DNA from: Candidatus Limnocylindrales bacterium
Lineage (GTDB): Bacteria > Chloroflexota > Limnocylindria > Limnocylindrales > CSP1-4
DNA: 64,000 nt
Direction of reading: 5' to 3'
NCBI GenBank assembly: GCA_036002405.1
Contig: DASYTK010000013.1
Coordinates: forward strand, 3,459 to 67,458
A program made the translations under genes and the position numbers. Positions 63,866 to 64,000 of this stretch are shown here, one piece after another. The notes beneath the pieces were generated by a model. That model was not told the origin of the DNA. It searched no databases and saw only the letters and a list, made by a program, of their open reading frames with translations. Numbering within the stretch: position 1 is the stretch's first letter; every line of letters begins with the position of its first letter.

Positions 63866-64000
63866 ATGGGGCGGGCCCGCAGTCCCCGGCTCTCGATCGT
63901 CCTGGCCACCCGCGATGGGTGGCCGGCGGTGCGCTTCTGCCTCGACCCGATCCTCCGCCAGGTCGGCGATATCGGGGCGGAGATCGTCGTCGCCGACGGC
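63866..64000 (+). CDS. GT2-family glycosyltransferase, 5' part only (continues beyond window end)
   Basis: MGRARSPRLSIVLATRDGWPAVRFCLDPILRQVGDIGAEIVVADG is a typical GT2 N-terminus. The ORF is open to the end of the window. Confidence 0.45.
   Translation, partial: MGRARSPRLSIVLATRDGWPAVRFCLDPILRQVGDIGAEIVVADG

Overview
This is a very high-GC (about 70%) bacterial chromosomal segment. The presence of a deazaflavin/F420-type nitroreductase, thyX and HprK-like lasso genes fits an Actinomycetota-like organism, but that is an inference. I call about 55 protein-coding genes and found no rRNA, tRNA, CRISPR array, transposase or prophage gene. Coding density is high, and many short overlaps of the ATGA/GTGA type indicate translationally coupled operons. 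Most long ORFs on the opposite strand of real genes are GC-frame artefacts and were rejected.

Gene content runs from small NTF2/SnoaL-like and F420-family enzymes, a Tyr-phosphatase and a NhaP-type antiporter, through c-di-GMP signalling proteins (a REC-GAF-EAL protein and a GGDEF cyclase), an MFS transporter and a secreted hydrolase island (GH13 amylopullulanase-like enzyme plus two tandem M14 carboxypeptidases). It continues with an ArsA/GET3-family ATPase carrying an HSP20-like tail, an MBL hydrolase with an RmuC-like nuclease-fold protein, thyX, RDD and DUF4383 membrane proteins, and a TadZ/CpaE-like ATPase pair. After that come MscS, a class-III aminotransferase, a BNR/sialidase-fold protein, a class-V aminotransferase, DUF885, a 945-aa unknown protein, PolX and an XRE regulator.

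The most interesting element is a compact six-gene lasso-peptide (RiPP) biosynthetic operon at about 49.2-54.3 kb. It encodes a PqqD-like B1 protein, a B2 protease, an HprK-like kinase, a nucleotidyltransferase, an Asn-synthetase-like cyclase and a candidate precursor peptide downstream of the cyclase. The precursor carries the canonical YxxPxLxxxG leader motif but an unusual predicted core. The kinase and nucleotidyltransferase tailoring pair has so far been characterised in Firmicutes.

A second system of interest is a cytosolic PRC-barrel/MgtE-N/CBS protein translationally coupled to a divergent NRAMP-family transporter that lacks the canonical DPGN and MPH metal-site residues, which I predict to be an NRMT-like Mg2+ importer. 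The window ends in a methylated-glycan biosynthesis locus with Ugd, three methyltransferases, a GT4 and two GT2 genes. Several tandem and dispersed repeats, an (AGGGAG)5 microsatellite abutting a start codon, a truncated acs remnant and two frameshifted genes are also recorded.
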